Source of the DNA: Saprolegnia diclina VS20
Lineage: Eukaryota
Reading direction: 5' to 3'
DNA: 40,874 nt
NCBI RefSeq assembly: GCF_000281045.1
Contig: NW_008246073.1
Coordinates: 866,176-907,049 of the forward strand
This document shows positions 36,106 through 40,874 of the stretch, piece after piece. Made by a program: the position numbers and the translations under genes. The notes under the pieces were generated by a model. The model did no database searches. It was not told the DNA's origin and saw only the letters and a program-made list of their open reading frames with translations. Positions within the stretch are counted from its first letter, which is position 1, and each line of letters begins with the position of its first letter.

Positions 36106-37713
36106 ATGGAAGTAACCCGCCACAACTTTAGCGCGGCCCTCGCCGAGGTCGAGGCCCAGCTGCGCCTGCCCTCGTGCCAGTACGCGGCCATTGACACGGA
36201 GTTTACGGGCCTCACGCCCCACGAGAAGACGCGCGAGAAGGTCATCGACACGCTCGAGGAGCGGTACGCCAAGGTGCGCGCGTCGGGCGAAAACTTTCTC
36301 ATTACGCAGTTTGGCCTCGCGCTCGTCCACGTCGAGGACGACAAGACGTGGATCAAGTGCTTCAACTTTTACGTGTTTCCGCGGCCGTACGCCAACATGG
36401 ACACGCGCTTCTTGTGCCAAGCGTCGTCGATTCAGTTCATGTCGGAGCACGGCTTTGACTTTAACAAGTTTATCCGCGATGGCATCCCGTACATGACGCG
36501 CTCGAACGAAGCCTATGTGCGCAAGAACCACGCGCGCAGCCTCAAGAACGTGACCAAGTCGCCGCCCTCAAAAGTCAACGTCACCAAGCGCTTCGACCAG
36601 GACTTCCTCAAGGAGACGATCGCCAACATCGAGGCGTGGATCACAGCGCCGCCGTCGGACGACAACAAGGAGCTCTTCTTGCCGGCGCGCAACTCGTTCC
36701 GGCGCCTCCTCATCTTCCATGCGGCCAAATATGGCATCCTCACGAAATTCGCCGACATGATCTACACCGAGTCGACGGGCGACGGCGTCCTCCTCGTGCG
36801 CGCCGACAAGTCGGAGCGCGAGAACCGGCTCAAGCGCAAGATCGACACGATGAACCAAGAGGTCGAAGACGCCATCGGGTTCTCCAAGGTCATCCAGCTG
36901 CTCTCGGACGCAAAGAAGCCCATCATTGGCCACAACTGCCTCCTCGATTTTGTCTACTTGTACCACCAGTTTTGCGCGCCGTTGCCGGCGACACTCCGCG
37001 AGTTCAAAGCCGAACTCCAGACGCACTTTCCGACGATCTACGACACCAAGCACCTGGCGCTCGCGAGTCCGCTCCGCGAGTCGTTCGAGTCGACGTCGCT
37101 CTCGGCTGTCTTTGAGAAGATGCGCGATACGCTCCAGCCCGACGTTGCATCGCTCATCACGGACGGCGCTTCGGACCCGTACCACGCGGCACTGACCAAG
37201 TCGGACGACGGCAAGAACATGCCGTGCCACGAAGCGGGCTTTGACGCGCTCATGACGGCGATCGCGTACCTTGGTTTCACGTCGGCAAGCGCCAACAAGT
37301 GGTCGCTCGAGTCGCTGCCGCTGGCGGCCGACGCCACCGACCTCGCACCGTACAAGAACCGCATCAACCTCATGGTGCTCGAGCAAGGTGCGTTCCTGGA
37401 CGTGGGCAATGCTGACCAAGAGCTCGACCGTCGCCACGTGTACGTCGTGACGCACCCGACGAGCTTGGCGTCCGTAAAGATGGAGGAGCTCTTCCCGGAC
37501 GTGGAGATTGCGCGCGTGTATCGCGAAAACGACCGTGAAGTGTACGTCTTCCTCACGCAGCCACTCGAAGAAGTGCCGACGGCAAAGGACGAGGCCGTTG
37601 CGATCACGACGTTCCCGCTCTTCAAGGAAGCGCGCAGTGATGCCAAGGCGTCGACGACCCCGATCGAAGCCAAGGACGAGCCCGCGCCGGCGTCGTGGTG
37701 CACGATCAGCTAA
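36106..37713 (+). CDS. PARN: Poly(A)-specific ribonuclease PARN-like (CAF1/DEDDh family, R3H-like insert) with C-terminal CaaX
   Basis: MEVTRHNF, AIDTEFTG, QFGL, FNFYVFP, CQASSIQF..HGFDFNK, GHNCLLDF, FPTIYDTK and HEAGFDA; ends WCTIS-stop. Confidence 0.92.
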   Translation: MEVTRHNFSAALAEVEAQLRLPSCQYAAIDTEFTGLTPHEKTREKVIDTLEERYAKVRASGENFLITQFGLALVHVEDDKTWIKCFNFYVFPRPYANMDTRFLCQASSIQFMSEHGFDFNKFIRDGIPYMTRSNEAYVRKNHARSLKNVTKSPPSKVNVTKRFDQDFLKETIANIEAWITAPPSDDNKELFLPARNSFRRLLIFHAAKYGILTKFADMIYTESTGDGVLLVRADKSERENRLKRKIDTMNQEVEDAIGFSKVIQLLSDAKKPIIGHNCLLDFVYLYHQFCAPLPATLREFKAELQTHFPTIYDTKHLALASPLRESFESTSLSAVFEKMRDTLQPDVASLITDGASDPYHAALTKSDDGKNMPCHEAGFDALMTAIAYLGFTSASANKWSLESLPLAADATDLAPYKNRINLMVLEQGAFLDVGNADQELDRRHVYVVTHPTSLASVKMEELFPDVEIARVYRENDREVYVFLTQPLEEVPTAKDEAVAITTFPLFKEARSDAKASTTPIEAKDEPAPASWCTIS

Positions 37714-37775
37714 AGATGTACAAATGAAATCGACTGACGAGAAGTACGGATTTGGAGAAGGCGGAAATTGGTGTA

Positions 37776-38377
37776 TTAGTGGTCGAGCTTGGCCGCTTTG
37801 GGTTCGTCCTTGCCGTAGCAGGACGGCGCACCGACCTTCCATCGCTTGTCAAGGGCGGCGATGGTGCATTGGAATAGCTTCTTTTGCAGCTTCTTGGACA
37901 CAATGTTGTGCTGCTCGCAGAGCCAGAGAGACAAGTCGACGCGCGAGTCAACTCTACACATGCGACGTCATGAGTCGACTGCGTGACGCCTTTAGGTCGT
38001 GTACTTGGGCGGGCTCGCGACAATGTTCTCGGCAAAGTCCGTCGCGCAGTACTTGCATGGGTAGAGCTGCCCAAGCGCCTGGATAAAGTTGGTCGCGTGC
38101 TGTTTCATCGCATCCGACGGCGTCTCGGGGTAGTATGCGGCCATCGTGTGCAGCTAGCAGCATTGCATGTGCCATCAGCATCACCAGCATCTTCCTCGTA
38201 GTGTCGTCGTACCATGCCCCACGTCGCGCGACCCACTTCTTCGCGGTCCAGCGGGCAGTCGTCGGCCGGCGCCGCCTTGGCCTTGGCGCCGAAGAGCACG
38301 TTGGAGCGGAAGAGGTCGGCCTTGGAGTGGCACACGGGCTCGGCGCAGTCGGCCGGGTTCTTGCTTGGCTGGCTCAT
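37776..38377 (-). CDS. ERV1: FAD-linked sulfhydryl oxidase Erv1/ALR, 3 exons
   Basis: CPLDREEVGRATWGM|LHTMAAYYP...LYPCKYCATDF...|SRVDLSLWLCEQHNIVSKKLQK...FQC...RWK. Confidence 0.93.
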
Positions 38378-38614
38378 GCTTCTCGAATTCGAATTGGGAA
38401 ATGTGACTGCCGTGCTTGGATTGGCCAAAAAGTGGCCAATCAAATCCGGCCCAGATTCCGACACTCGGCAATGGATCACCGCATGGGATCACCATTTGCT
38501 GTACTAGGAGACGCCCTTGTCGACTGGACCAACTAACTAAATGTAATGAGAGATCATGAACCCCGTTCGATGTACATATACGAATCCAAGGATCGTTTGA
38601 TTGGCTTAATTACA

Positions 38615-40226
38615 CTAGTCCTTGAGCGCGACAATCGCACTGTGCTGGCCACCGGCGTTCACTTGGAGAATGCGCGCGGGCCCAAACTTGGTTTTTGTCC
38701 AGTCGACAAGGCGCGGCTTGTACTCGTCCTTCTCTTCGCCCGTGCCGAGCGCGCACATGTCGCCATAGCCCCAGGCATAGAGGTCGTTCTCGGACGTGAC
38801 AGCGAGCGAGTGGTTTGAGCCGCACGAGATCTTGGCAAAGGAGACGCGGCCACTCTTGGCCTTGACGATGATTTCTTGCGGCGACTCCTTCATCGCGCCT
38901 GTCTCGGGGTTATCGATCGTACCGAGCTGACCCGAGTCGGCGCGCCCAAACGAATACATGGTGCCGTCGGCCATGAGCACGAGCGAGTTGTGCGTGCCGG
39001 CCGCAACCGCCTGTCCGACCTTGTGGCTCAGCGCTTCGACGAGCTGCGGCTCGATCTGGTTGGCGTCGTGCCCAAGCCCGAGCTGGCCATAGTTGTTCAA
39101 GCCCGTCGTATAAATGCCGCCCGTCTCGTTCGCGATAAAGAGCGAGTGGTACGAGCCACAACCAATCGCTTTGCAGAGGAGCTTCTTCCCGTTCAGAAGC
39201 ACGAGCGCCGGCTTGAGGTGCTGGTTGAAGACGAGCGGAAGGTCGTACTCGCCCGACGGTGCACGGATCTTGTCCGAGACGGGGCGGCCGAGCTGGCCCA
39301 TTTCGCCAAGACCCCACGAGAAGACGTGACCGTCGGCGGCCCGCGCGAGGTTGAAGCTGCTGCCACAGTCAATATCGACGATGTTTGAGAGGCCCGGAAT
39401 GCGGAACGGCGTCAGCTACGCGCTTGATATGACTGTCCTGTCCCAAGCATGGAGGATATACCTGCTTGTTTTTGAACGTCTCTTTCGGCGTCGCCGCGTC
39501 GCACCACAGCTTGCCTTCCTTGTCCTTGTACGAGCCCCACATGAAGACGCTGCCATCGACGCCAAGAGCAACCGAGTGGCAGTCGCCGCCGACAACCTAA
39601 CAAGGCCAAAAATGAGACAAGAGCGACCCCACGGGGTTGACGCGTACGTTGATGATGGAGGTGTTGGCGGGAAAGCCCGTAACGAGCGCGGGGGCGTTCT
39701 CATCGCCCGTCCGCCCCAGCGCGCCGTCGTCGTTGCAGCCCCAAGTGTAGACGTTGCCGTCCTTGGTGACGGCAGCGGTGTGCAGACCGCCGCAACCGAC
39801 GCGCACGATCTGTTGCTTGGAAAGGGCTGCGACAACGCGGGGCACGGACACGATCATGTCCTTGTCTTCGTCGACACCGTGGCCGAGCTGGCCGCAGTCG
39901 CCGCTGCCAAAGGTCATGATGACGCCACTCTTGTCGCCGTACCGGCCTTCGATCTCTTGTACGTACGCCAAGTATTCGGCCATGTTGTCGACCCACGAGC
40001 CCTTGGCGTTCTGCGCATGCTGGAGCTTGATACCTTGGTAAAAGTTTTGGTTGAGCGCATAGGCGTGGCGCTTGCGCTCCGTGCTCCGGGCCGTAACCAC
40101 GCGCCGGCTGCGCATGACGTCGTCCGAGGCGAGCGTATGGTCGCCGCTGCTAGATCCGCCTGCTGTCGCCTCCGAGCTCGCGTACTCCTCCTTGGAGAGA
40201 TGGCCGTCCACGCGCGTCCGCTTCAT
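38615..40226 (-). CDS. RCC1: Regulator of chromosome condensation RCC1 (Ran GEF) with Nup50/Nup2-like N-terminal extension, 3 exons
   Basis: RCC1 repeats GSGDCGQLG, GGLHT...WGCNDDGALGR, WGSYKDKEG, GLNNYGQLG, FGRADSGQLG, WGYGDMCALG and GGQHS; introns 39647-39597 and 39461-39416. Confidence 0.9.
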
Positions 40227-40750
40227 CGTCGCTCGATCGCTTGGTGGAAAATAAACGCAATGGTCAAACGATCCGGATAAACGCCCGCCCGCCACTCGCG
40301 GCTAGACCCACGCAATTTTATTAATACCACAGGCCGCTCGTGTGGTATCCGGCACTTTTCACAAAGATTTCAAATCTTATCCGGACAAGTGATCCGAGCG
40401 GGAAATCAGATTACTTGCTGGTGTTCCATTCCCCAACATTGCCGTCACAAGGATGCTATATACCATTGGGCCCCGGTTGGTCGACGTTCAGGTTATCACA
40501 GGTGTATCGACCATTGATAATACCAAACGTCAACCAACCGGGCTATATAAGGTACATGGAGTGACAATCAATCAGGATTCCCCAGCCATTTTTAAGCCGG
40601 GACACTGATCCCAAAGTCCGCCAAGGCCAGTCGCTTCTCAGTGCTAGGCAGTGTTATAGCGTCGGCTTTCCAGGTGAGGTCCTCCAAAATGGCTTTTTCA
40701 CACGACAGTGCAACGGCGCTGGACGACGGCAAAAAGCTCGACACTGGCTC

Positions 40751-40801
40751 GCAAAGTCGAAAAGTCGAGGCGTAAAAGGTAGCAAAGTCGAGGCGTAAAA
40801 G
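40751..40801 (+). repeat. Short imperfect tandem repeat (AAAGTCGAGGCGTAAAAG x2 plus partial)
   Basis: Identical 18-mers at 40761-40778 and 40784-40801, preceded by gcaaagtcga. Confidence 0.75.
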
Positions 40802-40874
40802 CGAGATGGATGGAAGAAAAGGACTTGTATTGACATAGTAGATATTGACGATGCACGAGACGACGAGGAGAGAT

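Overview
Gene-dense, GC-rich eukaryotic DNA, almost certainly an oomycete (inferred Saprolegniales such as Saprolegnia/Achlya). Evidence: many 40-60 nt GT-AG introns, the oomycete Inr/FPR core promoter upstream of EF1-alpha, CCAAT-box clusters and an oomycete-type START-like/FYVE protein. About 20 genes can be reconstructed: ankyrin protein, DUS1, FYVE protein, PIG-V, COMM-domain protein, SFT2-like, RPL27A, a hypothetical, WW-IQ-ankyrin protein, two tandem genes sharing an unnamed C-terminal domain, coiled-coil/WD40, zf-C2HC, BAH-ELM2, RNI-type LRR, LisH/poly-Asn, HMG-box, EF1-alpha, PARN, ERV1 and RCC1. There is also a 1,057-bp internally deleted PIF/Harbinger-superfamily transposon with ~40-bp TIRs and an AAT target-site duplication. 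Most striking: (1) the apparent Ran-GEF RCC1 carries, in one uninterrupted exon, an N-terminus resembling both conserved N-terminal modules of nucleoporin Nup50/Nup2, i.e. a Nup50-RCC1 fusion; (2) the PARN-family deadenylase ends in a CaaX prenylation box (CTIS). All family calls come from motif recognition by eye, and exon boundaries are manual and approximate.
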